From Myxococcota bacterium (lineage in GTDB: Bacteria; Myxococcota_A; UBA796; CAJQPC01), in assembly GCA_036229005.1 (NCBI GenBank), contig JAZAMN010000032.1, positions 1 through 64,000 of the forward strand: a stretch of DNA of 64,000 nucleotides, given 5' to 3'. Numbering within the stretch: position 1 is the first letter of the stretch; each line of letters starts with the position of its first letter. Position numbers and translations under genes: made by a program. A model generated the notes under the pieces. That model was given only the letters and a program-made list of their open reading frames with translations. It had not been told where the DNA came from and did no database searches. Shown here piece by piece: positions 11,370-19,952 of the stretch.

Positions 11370-11439
11370 GGATGCCCTGGTGAATGGTCGAAAGCTACCG
11401 TAACCTTGGATACCTCACGCCTGAGTTACGGCCAGTCAC

Positions 11440-12681
11440 GTGTTCACTTCACTGATACTCCTCACCGCCTGCTCCCCCGAACCCGCCTCCCTCGTCGAGG
11501 GTCCCCAGGATGGCTTCGGCGACGAGCAGAGCGTCCGCATCGTCAGCCCCGAGCAGGGGCAGGTGACAGACACCAGCGTGCTCTTCCGCTTGAGCCTGGG
11601 CGATCAGGTGAACGCGGTGCAGCTCTTCGACTCGGACATGGAGCCGCTGAGCGAGCGGATCGCCGTGGCGCGCGGGGATCTGCGCACCGAGCTGGAGCCG
11701 GGCCGCTGGACGGTCACGGTACAGGGCTTCTCGGCCCAGGGAGACCGGCTGGACAGCGACCAGGTCAGCTTCCGGGTGGTGGACCAGGAGAGCGAGGACC
11801 CCTGGGTCAGCTTCACCACCCCCCTGGACGGCGCGGCGGTGGCCAACCCGGTCACCTTTGTGCTGGACGCCAGCAGTGAGATCTCGGTGGTGGCCCTGTC
11901 CGTGGACGAGTGGCCCCTGGGGGAGGTGGAGCCGGGAGAGGTGTTCAGCTACCGCTTCAACGGGACGGACCAACCCCGGGACGTGCTGGCCCAGGCCTAC
12001 GACGCAAGCGGGCTCCTGGTCGCCAGCGAGGCCATCACGATCACGCCCCTGTCCGGCAGCGACGGCGGCCCCACGGCCTTCTCGGAGCGCGTCGCCCAGC
12101 TCGTGGAGAGCTACCCCCAGGACGGCACCTTCTCCTACTACTGGCCCAAGGGCGGGAGCTGGAGCGGCTCCACCCGGGACATCCTCTACCAGGACGAGTT
12201 GGTCGCCACGGACGGCGGCTACAGCGCCTGCTACTGCAGCGGGATCACGTGGGAGTGGTACCTGATGGCCTGGCAGAGCCTGGCCACGGAGGGTGGCCTG
12301 GACGCCGACGACCTCAACGGGGTCGACGACAGCGACATCTGGCAGATGCGGCGCGACTGGTACGTGCGCGAGCTTGACGGGGACGGCCCCGGCATCGCCC
12401 TCCAGGACCGCGGCCTGGGCACCCCCGTGGGGGACTGGGATCAGGTCGTGCGCGGCGACTTCGTGCAGCTCTGGCGCACCAGCGGCAGCGGCCACACCGC
12501 CATCTTCTGGGACTGGGAGCTGGACAGCGACGGGGACCGCATCGGCTTTCAGTACGCGAGCTGTCAGGGCGCCAGCGATGGGCTGGGCCTGAACAGCGAG
12601 TACTTCGGCACCCACAGCGGAGCCATCGACCCGGCGCTGGTCTACTTCTCCCGCGCCTGGGTCCCCGCCGACTGGCTCTGA
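11440..12681 (+). CDS. Lipoprotein with Ig-like domains and a putative papain-like (NlpC/P60-type) C-terminal domain
   Basis: MFTSLILLTAC; Big-like segments (VSFTTPLDGA..., VLAQAYDASG); C-terminal YCSG...GDFVQLW..SGHTAIF. Confidence 0.6.
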   Translation: MFTSLILLTACSPEPASLVEGPQDGFGDEQSVRIVSPEQGQVTDTSVLFRLSLGDQVNAVQLFDSDMEPLSERIAVARGDLRTELEPGRWTVTVQGFSAQGDRLDSDQVSFRVVDQESEDPWVSFTTPLDGAAVANPVTFVLDASSEISVVALSVDEWPLGEVEPGEVFSYRFNGTDQPRDVLAQAYDASGLLVASEAITITPLSGSDGGPTAFSERVAQLVESYPQDGTFSYYWPKGGSWSGSTRDILYQDELVATDGGYSACYCSGITWEWYLMAWQSLATEGGLDADDLNGVDDSDIWQMRRDWYVRELDGDGPGIALQDRGLGTPVGDWDQVVRGDFVQLWRTSGSGHTAIFWDWELDSDGDRIGFQYASCQGASDGLGLNSEYFGTHSGAIDPALVYFSRAWVPADWL

Positions 12682-12697
12682 GGGCGCTCCCCAGAGC

Positions 12698-12733
12698 GAG
12701 AACACCCCCCAGGTCTCCCTGGAGGGTGCTCCC
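12698..12733. terminator. Hairpin between convergent genes, possible terminator
   Basis: Imperfect stem CACCCCCCAGG-tctc-CCTGGAGGGTG between the stops at 12681 and 12753; no clear U-tract. Confidence 0.4.
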
Positions 12734-12752
12734 TTGGGCTTGAGCCTTGGGC

Positions 12753-13613
12753 CTAGAAGATCCCCATGGGCAGCTTGAGGTAGACCTGCCCGTTGTCCTC
12801 GGCCTTGGGCAGCTTGCCGCCGTCGGCGTTGACCTGGATGCTCTGGAAGATCAGCTTGGGCGGCCGCAGCGTGGCGTCGCGCTCGGAGCGCCAGGTCACG
12901 AACTCCTCCTTGGAGGTGTCGGCCTTGAGCTGGATGTTCTGGGTCTTGGCGGCGCCGATGGTGGTCTCGTACTCCAGCTCGCGACCGCCAGGCTGGTAGT
13001 CGTGGCCGACGAACACGCGGGTGGCGTCGGGCAGCTCGTAGAGCTTCTGGATGGAGTTGTAGAGGTCCTCCGCGGAGCCCGCGGGGAAGTCGCAGCGGCC
13101 CGTGCCGAAGTCCGGCATGAACATGGTGTCGCCGGTGAAGATGGCGTCGCCGATCTTGTAGGTCGTACAGGCGGGGGTGTGTCCGGGGGTGTGGATGGCC
13201 TCGACCTTGAGGCTGCCCGCCTGGAAGCTGTCGCCGTCGGCCAGCAGGACGTCGAACTGGCTGCCGTCGGTGGCGATGTCCATGTTCAGCAGGCCGGCGA
13301 AGGTCTTCTGCACGACGGTGATGCTGGCGGCGGCGCCGACCTTGATGCCGTCGAAGGCCTCCTTGACGAGCTGGGCGCCGGAGAGGTGATCGGCGTGGGC
13401 GTGGGTCTCCAGGCTCACGTGGAGCTTCAGGCCTTGGCTCTTGACGAACTCGGCGACCTGCTCGACGGAGTCCTTGGACACGGACACGGACAGCGGGTCG
13501 AAGTCCATGACCGGGTCGATCAGGACAGCGTCCTTGGTGGCGGGGTCGTACACCACGTAGGTCAGCGTCCAGGTGGCGGGGTCAAAGAAGGCCTTCACTG
13601 CGGGGGTGCTCAT
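12753..13613 (-). CDS. MBL-fold metallo-hydrolase, persulfide dioxygenase (ETHE1/Blh-like)
   Basis: ETHAHADHLSG, TPGHTPAC, GDTMFMPDFGTGRCDFP, VGHDY and R..RDATL..P.LI motifs. Confidence 0.88.
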   Translation of the reverse strand: MSTPAVKAFFDPATWTLTYVVYDPATKDAVLIDPVMDFDPLSVSVSKDSVEQVAEFVKSQGLKLHVSLETHAHADHLSGAQLVKEAFDGIKVGAAASITVVQKTFAGLLNMDIATDGSQFDVLLADGDSFQAGSLKVEAIHTPGHTPACTTYKIGDAIFTGDTMFMPDFGTGRCDFPAGSAEDLYNSIQKLYELPDATRVFVGHDYQPGGRELEYETTIGAAKTQNIQLKADTSKEEFVTWRSERDATLRPPKLIFQSIQVNADGGKLPKAEDNGQVYLKLPMGIF

Positions 13614-13750
13614 GATGAAGCTCCAAGGTTGTTGATGCCCCCATCAGAAGCAAGAGCAGTGCCATTTCACCTGAAACAGAATCCTGATTCATAGGCTGGA
13701 TCGAGTTCAGATCGAACGCCCGTTCGTGGGTCAACTTGCACACTTCGGCC

Positions 13751-13764
13751 GTGTCAATTGACAC
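13751..13764. promoter_or_regulatory. Perfect 14-bp palindrome, candidate operator upstream of the MBL gene
   Basis: GTGTCAATTGACAC in a lower-GC intergenic region. Confidence 0.5.
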
Positions 13765-13792
13765 AAGATGCAACCCTTCGCAGACAGAGGGC

Positions 13793-14482
13793 TCAGGCGC
13801 GGGGGTCGTCCAGCACCTCGACCCAGGCCTCCTCGGGGCCCTGGGGTCCCCAGCGCACCAGGCCCAGGCGGGCGGCCCCATGGGGCTCCCCCAGCCCGCC
13901 GGCGTTCAGGCACAGGCAGTCCCCCAGCCACTGGCTGCCCGCCGACTCGTGGATGTGACCGCAGACCAGCAGCCGGTGGTCTGCGGCGCGCTCGCGGATG
14001 GCCGCGCTGCCTACGTGCACGTCGCGCCGGTGCACGTGGTCCAGGCGGGTGTCCTTCGGCGGCGCGTGACTGATCAGCACGTCGCAGTCCAAGGCCGGTC
14101 GGGCGCGGATCTCCGCCTCCGACCACTCGTAGGGGAAGCCGTAGCGGTCCGGGCCGGCGCCCCCGATGCCGCCCACCCGCAGGCCCAGCCAGTCCACCAC
14201 GCGCCCGTCCACCATGCCGGGGTCGTCCCAGTCGCGCAGGTCGTGGTTGCCCGGCACCCACAGCGTGGGGCCCACCGCGCGCAGCGCAGCCAGGACCTGG
14301 GCGACCGAGTCCCGATAGGCCGCGATCCGAGCAGGGTCAGCAGTTCCTCGCCCGAGGATGCGGCTGCTGCCGATGTCCCCGACCTGTAGCAGACCAGCGA
14401 CCTCGTAGGCAGCCGCCCGTTCAAGGACGCGAGAGAGCCGATCCATGTGGTGGTGTACGTCCCCGATGACGGCCAGCAACAT
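13793..14482 (-). CDS. Calcineurin-like metallophosphoesterase
   Basis: GDVH, VGD, PGNHD, SHAPP and CGHIHE motifs. Confidence 0.88.
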   Translation of the reverse strand: MLLAVIGDVHHHMDRLSRVLERAAAYEVAGLLQVGDIGSSRILGRGTADPARIAAYRDSVAQVLAALRAVGPTLWVPGNHDLRDWDDPGMVDGRVVDWLGLRVGGIGGAGPDRYGFPYEWSEAEIRARPALDCDVLISHAPPKDTRLDHVHRRDVHVGSAAIRERAADHRLLVCGHIHESAGSQWLGDCLCLNAGGLGEPHGAARLGLVRWGPQGPEEAWVEVLDDPRA

Positions 14483-16044
14483 CAGCCCTCTCCTCCCTCC
14501 AGACCCGGCTCCGAAGGCACCAGAGCGCCCGCCGGGGCGGGCTTGAGCTCATCCAGCAGCGAGGCCGCCAGGTCCCAGGAGATGTCCGGCAGCACCACCT
14601 GCGAGCCCGCCACGCGGACCGCCAGCCGCCCCAGCCCGTGCCAGCGCATCAGCAGGCCCTGGGCCAAATGCACGGACTGCAGCTTCTCGCGCGAGAGCAC
14701 CCAGGTGCGGCGCCGCCAGAAGCCCCGCCGGGCCACCACCACCTGGGGCGTGACCAGCCAACCCTGGGCGCGCCAGTCCAGCACGCGGGCCAGCAGGATC
14801 ATCGGGAGAACGCCGAGTCCCAGCCACCAGATCCCGCCGGGGAGCAGCCAGCAGGCCAGCGCCGAGTAGAGGCTGCCCTGGAAGAAGCCGCTCACCAGCA
14901 TCCGCCACAAGGCGCGGGGGTGTGCGGGCTGCAGCGCGTGGGTCCAGGGGTCGATCTCCAGGGCGGGGAGCGCCTCCCGGGCCAGCGCGGGGAGCTCGTC
15001 GCGGTCCACCATCGGGACCACCAGCTCGGCCAGCTTCACGCCCTCCTGCACCGAGCCCAGCCCCGCCGTCTCGACGTTCAGCGTGCCAAAGCCCATGGCC
15101 CGGCGGAGCACCGGCTCTTCGACCATCAGGAGCTGCACCTTGCCCAGGGGGACCCGCACGCGCCGGGTGGTGAACAGCCCCTCGCGCGAAGAGAGCGCCG
15201 TCTTGCGGGGGTCCGGGTCCTGCTCGCGCCGCAGGGTGAACGAGAAGTGGCGGACCACGCTCAGCAGCGCCGAGCCCAGCCAGGAGACCACCAGGGTGAG
15301 CATCAAGAAGCCCGCCGCGGCCACCGGGGACAGGGACTCCAGGGTCTGCGCCGTGTCCTGGGGCGAGAGGATGGGCAGCAGCTCCAGGCCCACCGCCAGC
15401 ACCACCGCGACCAGCCCCACGCTGGCCCGCGACAGCCCGAAGGCCAGCAGCTCCCCGATGCCCAGCTCCAGCACGGGGGGCGGCTCGGGGGCGTCCGGAT
15501 CCGCCTGCACGCGCTGCTCCCCCCGAACCCGCTGCAGCTCGCCGATCAGCGCCTCGGCCTGGTCCACGCTCAGCGCAGAGAGCAGCCCCTCCGTGCGTGT
15601 GTCGCCGGCCGTCTCCAGCCGCACCTCGACCAGGCCGGTCAGGTTGTGGAACACGTTGCGGACCTGGCTCACGTTCTGGATGCGCGCCGGGTCGATCACG
15701 CGCGCCTGGCGGTTGAGCAGACCCTGCTTGATCTGCAGCTTCCCCCCGGCCACGCGGTAGCGCAGGGTGAAGTAGTGGATCAGCGTGCTCCCCACCCCGG
15801 AGAGCATGAACAGCCCGATCCAGCCCAGGTCCGCGATCTGGAAGTCCTCGGCCCCGCCGCCGCCCACCAGGATCACCAGCGCCAGCGGCCACAGCCCCCG
15901 CAGGGTCTTCCAGGTCCGCGGGATCAGGTTCACCACCACGCTCATGGGGTGCAGCCCCAGCCAGGGGACCTCGGGCGCCTGCTCCAGCGCCTCCTGCGTG
16001 TCCGCGTCCTCCGGGGAGAGGGGGGCTGGCTGGCCCTCAGACAC
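14482..16044 (-). CDS. Membrane protein with bacterial PH (bPH_2) domains, YdbT-like
   Basis: TM pairs alternate with three G.....R..I....IQ.V-type bPH_2 segments; paired with a YdbS-like gene. Confidence 0.85.
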   Translation of the reverse strand: MSEGQPAPLSPEDADTQEALEQAPEVPWLGLHPMSVVVNLIPRTWKTLRGLWPLALVILVGGGGAEDFQIADLGWIGLFMLSGVGSTLIHYFTLRYRVAGGKLQIKQGLLNRQARVIDPARIQNVSQVRNVFHNLTGLVEVRLETAGDTRTEGLLSALSVDQAEALIGELQRVRGEQRVQADPDAPEPPPVLELGIGELLAFGLSRASVGLVAVVLAVGLELLPILSPQDTAQTLESLSPVAAAGFLMLTLVVSWLGSALLSVVRHFSFTLRREQDPDPRKTALSSREGLFTTRRVRVPLGKVQLLMVEEPVLRRAMGFGTLNVETAGLGSVQEGVKLAELVVPMVDRDELPALAREALPALEIDPWTHALQPAHPRALWRMLVSGFFQGSLYSALACWLLPGGIWWLGLGVLPMILLARVLDWRAQGWLVTPQVVVARRGFWRRRTWVLSREKLQSVHLAQGLLMRWHGLGRLAVRVAGSQVVLPDISWDLAASLLDELKPAPAGALVPSEPGLEGGEG

Positions 16045-16516
16045 CGTCGTCCCCACCGCGCCGGGCCAGCTCGTCACGGAGCGCCTCCGCGTCCGCCTCC
16101 GTCAGGCCCGGGATCGACCCATCCGCGGACATCCCAGCCGCCGTGTAGACCGCCAGCGAGGACAGGCCGAGCAGCCTCTCGATGGGGCCCTGCTGCGTGT
16201 CCACGTGCTGGATGCGGTTGTGGGGGATGGAGCTGCGGCGGCGCACGAGCACCCCGCGCTGCACCAGCAGGTCATGCTCCCGCACGCTGTAGCTGAAGTG
16301 CTGGTAGCGCAGCGCCGGCCACAGCATCGCGAGCAGCAGGCCCAGCGCCACCAGAGTCAGCGCGAACACCGACGCAGCGGCGGCGCCGACCACCGCGTTG
16401 AGGCCCGCCGCGCCGCCCAGGGCGACGGGGAGCCAGAGCATCGCGACGCGGACCAGGCCGTGCAGGCGCCAGAGCCAGGTCACCCGGGGGTCCAGCGGAG
16501 TTGGGGAGTCGTCCAT
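16037..16516 (-). CDS. PH-domain membrane protein, YdbS-like
   Basis: Two TMs followed by RGVLVRRRSSIPHNRIQHVDTQQGPIER..G...L.VYTA. Confidence 0.88.
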   Translation of the reverse strand: MDDSPTPLDPRVTWLWRLHGLVRVAMLWLPVALGGAAGLNAVVGAAAASVFALTLVALGLLLAMLWPALRYQHFSYSVREHDLLVQRGVLVRRRSSIPHNRIQHVDTQQGPIERLLGLSSLAVYTAAGMSADGSIPGLTEADAEALRDELARRGGDDGV

Positions 16517-16549
16517 CCCTGTTCAGCTAACCACCGCAGGCCCCAGCGC

Positions 16550-18139
16550 CTAAAGCCCCAGCGCGTCCTGGGCGGCGGCGGCGCCTGCCCGGCGGCCCGA
16601 CCAGTACACCGCGGAGATGCTCCCCTCGAAGCCGCTGCCCACCGCCGGGACGCCCAGCATGCCCGCGACCTCTCCCGCGGCGTAGAGCCCCGGGATGTGC
16701 TCGCCGTCCTCTCCCAGGACCTGTCCGCGCGCGTCCAGGGCCACGCCGGTGAAGCACTTGGCGAGCCCACCCTTGAGCTCCACCATCACGAACTCCTCCT
16801 GGACCGGGACCAGCGATGAGGCCGGCTTCCCCATGTCCGAGTCCTGCCCGCTGCTGGCCAGGCTGTTGTAGCGGGAGACCGTCTCGCCCAGGGTCTGCAG
16901 GCTGATGCCCTCGGCCTCGGAGGCCTCCTGGAGCGAGCTGTAGCGGGCCCCACCCCCCAGCGCCTCGTACTCCAGCAGGGAGAGGGTCCAGGACGCCTCT
17001 TCGGTGGGCGCGTTGTACTTGGGGATGTAGCCATAGGCCTGCTCCCAGATCATCTTCGGGTAGATCGCCCAGAGCCGCTGTCCACCCGCCTCCAGCAGCC
17101 GCGCCTCCATCCCGAAGCTGAACACCTCCTCCTCGGAGAAGCGGCGCTGCCCCTCCGCGTCCACGATCAGCGTGTCGCTCAGGTGGCTCAGCCAGATGGC
17201 CTCGCGCTCCATGCCCTGCCGGGGGTCCTCGGCGGCGTGCACGTACACGCCCACGTGGCCCTCGTTCTGGGTGGCGGCGTCCACCTGCTCCAGCAGCCCC
17301 CGCCCGCTCCCGATTGCGGCCGGGTGGATCTCGAAGAGCAGCGACAGCCCAGAGAGATCGGGCCGCTGCCCCAGCACCTCGTCCAGGTTCCGGGCGAAGC
17401 CCCCCGTGGCGACCACCGTCGCGTCCGCGGCGACCCAGCCGGTCTCCCCGGTGCGCAGGTCCGTGAACTCCGCGCCGACCACCCGCTCCCCCACCGTGAC
17501 CAGGGCGTCGGCGCGGTGGTGCGTCCAGGTGTAGTTGGCCACCCGCTCCACCAGGGCGGGCCCAGGGGTCTCCTCCCCGGCCACCCGCACGTTGTGGATT
17601 CGGGGGATCTGCCCCTCGTCAGAGTCGCCGAAGGGCCCCACCACCTGCGCGCCCAGCTCCTGGTGGAACCAGTCGGCGAGCTCGATGGTCCCCTCCAGAT
17701 AGTCCTGCACCACCGGGTCGCTGGGGTCGCCGCCAGGGCTGAGCCGAGCCCAGTCACTCAGGGCCTTCTCCGGCGAGTCCTCCAGGCCGACCGCCCTCTG
17801 CGCGACCGTGTCGACCAGCAGGAAGTTGCTGGCGTAGAGCGCCCCACCGCCGGGCGCCTCGGACATCTCCAGGAGCAGCACGTCCGCCCCTTGAGCCTGG
17901 GCCTCCAGCGCGGCCGCCATGCCCGAGGCCCCCGCCCCGATGATCAGCACGTCCACCCTCAGGCTGGGCTGCACGAGCTGCGCCGAGAGCGCCTCGAATG
18001 GGTCCGTGTCGGCGGGCTCTCCCGTGTCCAGGGCCCCCGTGTCCTCGCCCAAAGGCTCCTGCTGCAGCGGGTCCAGCCCTTGCGCTGTGTCCCCCCCCAT
18101 CTCTTCGCAGGCCATCAAGGTCGTCAGCAGCAGCAGCAT
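16550..18139 (-). CDS. FAD-binding oxidoreductase (flavocytochrome c / FAD_binding_2 family), lipoprotein
   Basis: DVLIIGAGASG, VVATGGF and IPGLYAAGE motifs; N-terminus MLLLLTTLMAC. Confidence 0.82.
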   Translation of the reverse strand: MLLLLTTLMACEEMGGDTAQGLDPLQQEPLGEDTGALDTGEPADTDPFEALSAQLVQPSLRVDVLIIGAGASGMAAALEAQAQGADVLLLEMSEAPGGGALYASNFLLVDTVAQRAVGLEDSPEKALSDWARLSPGGDPSDPVVQDYLEGTIELADWFHQELGAQVVGPFGDSDEGQIPRIHNVRVAGEETPGPALVERVANYTWTHHRADALVTVGERVVGAEFTDLRTGETGWVAADATVVATGGFARNLDEVLGQRPDLSGLSLLFEIHPAAIGSGRGLLEQVDAATQNEGHVGVYVHAAEDPRQGMEREAIWLSHLSDTLIVDAEGQRRFSEEEVFSFGMEARLLEAGGQRLWAIYPKMIWEQAYGYIPKYNAPTEEASWTLSLLEYEALGGGARYSSLQEASEAEGISLQTLGETVSRYNSLASSGQDSDMGKPASSLVPVQEEFVMVELKGGLAKCFTGVALDARGQVLGEDGEHIPGLYAAGEVAGMLGVPAVGSGFEGSISAVYWSGRRAGAAAAQDALGL

Positions 18140-18158
18140 CCGCAAGTCCCGTCCGAAT

Positions 18159-18240
18159 GTCCGCGAATTGTCAACCAGACGTCCAGACCAAGTCAACGCA
18201 CGGTCAAGGAAATCTCAAGGTTCTGTTCACAGAACGTCCC
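18159..18240. promoter_or_regulatory. Array of GTC(A/C)A-like pentamers at an exact 11-bp period, candidate transcription-factor sites
   Basis: GTCCG 18159, GTCAA 18170, GTCCA 18181, GTCAA 18192, GTCAA 18203, CTCAA 18214, GTTCA 18225, GTCCC 18236. Confidence 0.55.
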
Positions 18241-18302
18241 GCGGAACGTTCCAGCAGGCGCCTTCGCGCCCCCTCCAGACCGGATTTCAGCCCCTTACAC
18301 GC

Positions 18303-18318
18303 TGGCACAAGCCTTGCT
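18303..18318 (+). promoter_or_regulatory. sigma54 (-24/-12) promoter
   Basis: TGGCAC-AAGCC-TTGCT matches the TGGCAC-N5-TTGCW consensus exactly. Confidence 0.8.
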
Positions 18319-18329
18319 CTTCACCCCAG

Positions 18330-18450
18330 CGAGGGACCGTGCGGGCGCGCCGGCTGATTCCCTCCCGGAGCGATCCGGACCACTGGGCTGGTCCAGTGGA
18401 GCCTTCCTGTCTCACACACACCTTCGGCCCCCACGCCCGCGCGGTCCCAT
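18330..18450 (+). ncRNA. Putative sigma54-dependent structured small RNA, family not recognised
   Basis: A 15-bp closing helix (18333-18347 with 18434-18448) encloses a GCGA-tetraloop hairpin (18365-18378) and a 7-bp hairpin (18380-18399). It begins at the expected +1 of the sigma54 promoter. Confidence 0.6.
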
Positions 18451-18493
18451 CTTCCAGCCAGCTCCGGCGCTTCTGGGGCGATAGCATCGGGGC

Positions 18494-19945
18494 ATGCCCC
18501 TGCCGCTCCAAGAACCCCGCCCCTTCTCCCGCTCCCTGCTCTGGGAGCTGATGGCCGACCGCTACGAGAGCGCCGGCCCCGAACTCTGGGCCGAGGGCCT
18601 CCCCCACCAGGCCACCGCCAACCCCTGGCAGGCCCGCGCCATCGCCGACCTCGTGGTGGCCCTGGCCCTGGACACCGGCGAGCCCGTCACCGTCCTGGAC
18701 GCCGGCAGCGGCCCCGGGCGCTTTGCCTTCTACCTGCTCCTGGAGCTGCAGGACGCCTGGGAGCGCCACGACCGCAGCTTCGACCCGCCCCACGTGCGCC
18801 TGCTGGACCTCGCGGCCGCCAACGTCGACTTCTCTCTGGAGCACCCCGCGCTGGCCCCCTTCGTCGCGCGCGGCTGGCTGAGCGGGCAGGCCTTCAACGC
18901 CACCGCCCCCGCCCTGGACGCGCCGCTGCCCGGCCCCACCGTCCTGGTCTGCAACTACCTGCTGGACTCCCTGCCGGTAGACGTCTTCAACCTGGTCGAC
19001 GGCGGCCCCCTGGAGCGCTGGGTGGCCCTGTCCATGGCCGACGACGGCGAGCCCGGCAGCCTGGACGACCTGATCTTCTCCTACCACGACCAGCCTCTGG
19101 GCAGCACCGAGCTCCCCCCCGTCTGGCGCGACTGGCTGCAGGAGCTCCACGCCAAGGGCCAGCGCGGCAGCGTCCACCTGCCCACCGGCGCCCTCCCCCT
19201 GCTGGAGTGGGCGCGCCAGGCCAGCCCCCGCGGCCTGCTCACGGTGATCACCGACAAGAACTGGGCCAGCCCCGAGCACTACGTGGACGACCCCCTGCGG
19301 CCCCACGCGGGCACCCTGTCCTCGATGGTGGATCACCCCTCCCTGGACCGTTGGGTGCGGGCCCAAGGTGGCGCGGTGTGGTCCTCCGCTCACACCGACC
19401 TCCAGCTCATCTCCCGAGCCCACGCCTTCCACCTGCCGGACACCCCCCGCCTGAAGCTCGCCTGGGAGCTGGGCCTGGGCCGCGACTCCGGCCTCAACGC
19501 CTACAGCGCGCAGCTCCAGGAGCTCCCCCCGGACGCCCGCACCTGCCTGCGCCTGCTGCGCCTGAGCAACTTCGACCCCTGGGCCTACCGCCGCATGCAC
19601 TCCGCCGTCTACGACGCCATCCAGGACGAGCTCCCCGCCTGGGTGCGCCAGGGCTGGCTGGACGCCCTGGACCAGGTCTGGCGCCGCGAGTTCCTGATGG
19701 AGGCCGAGCCCGATCTGGCCTTCGCCATCGGCTCCATCTTCATGCAGCTCGACGCCCCCATGCGCGCCCTGCAGCTCTTCTCCGTCAGCCAGGAGCGCTT
19801 CGGCCTGGATGGGCGCCTGGCCTACAACGCCGCCGCCTGTTGGGTGGCCCTGGGTCAACGGGAGCGCGCCCGCGCCTTCGCCCAGCAGGCCCTGGAGCTC
19901 GACCCCGGCCTGGAGTCCGCCCGCCTGCTCCTGGCCGCCCTGTGA
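18494..19945 (+). CDS. SAM-dependent methyltransferase-like protein with C-terminal TPRs
   Basis: VLDAGSGPGRF (motif I), VLVCNYLLDSLP (MidA-like), and C-terminal YNAAAC...AQQALELDP. Confidence 0.78.
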   Translation: MPLPLQEPRPFSRSLLWELMADRYESAGPELWAEGLPHQATANPWQARAIADLVVALALDTGEPVTVLDAGSGPGRFAFYLLLELQDAWERHDRSFDPPHVRLLDLAAANVDFSLEHPALAPFVARGWLSGQAFNATAPALDAPLPGPTVLVCNYLLDSLPVDVFNLVDGGPLERWVALSMADDGEPGSLDDLIFSYHDQPLGSTELPPVWRDWLQELHAKGQRGSVHLPTGALPLLEWARQASPRGLLTVITDKNWASPEHYVDDPLRPHAGTLSSMVDHPSLDRWVRAQGGAVWSSAHTDLQLISRAHAFHLPDTPRLKLAWELGLGRDSGLNAYSAQLQELPPDARTCLRLLRLSNFDPWAYRRMHSAVYDAIQDELPAWVRQGWLDALDQVWRREFLMEAEPDLAFAIGSIFMQLDAPMRALQLFSVSQERFGLDGRLAYNAAACWVALGQRERARAFAQQALELDPGLESARLLLAAL

Positions 19946-19952
19946 GGTCCCC

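Noticed and set aside
18330..18450. tRNA, SRP RNA, 6S RNA or a known riboswitch
   Set aside because: I see no T-loop or CCA cloverleaf, no SRP GGAA-loop motif and no aptamer consensus I recognise. Left as an unknown ncRNA.
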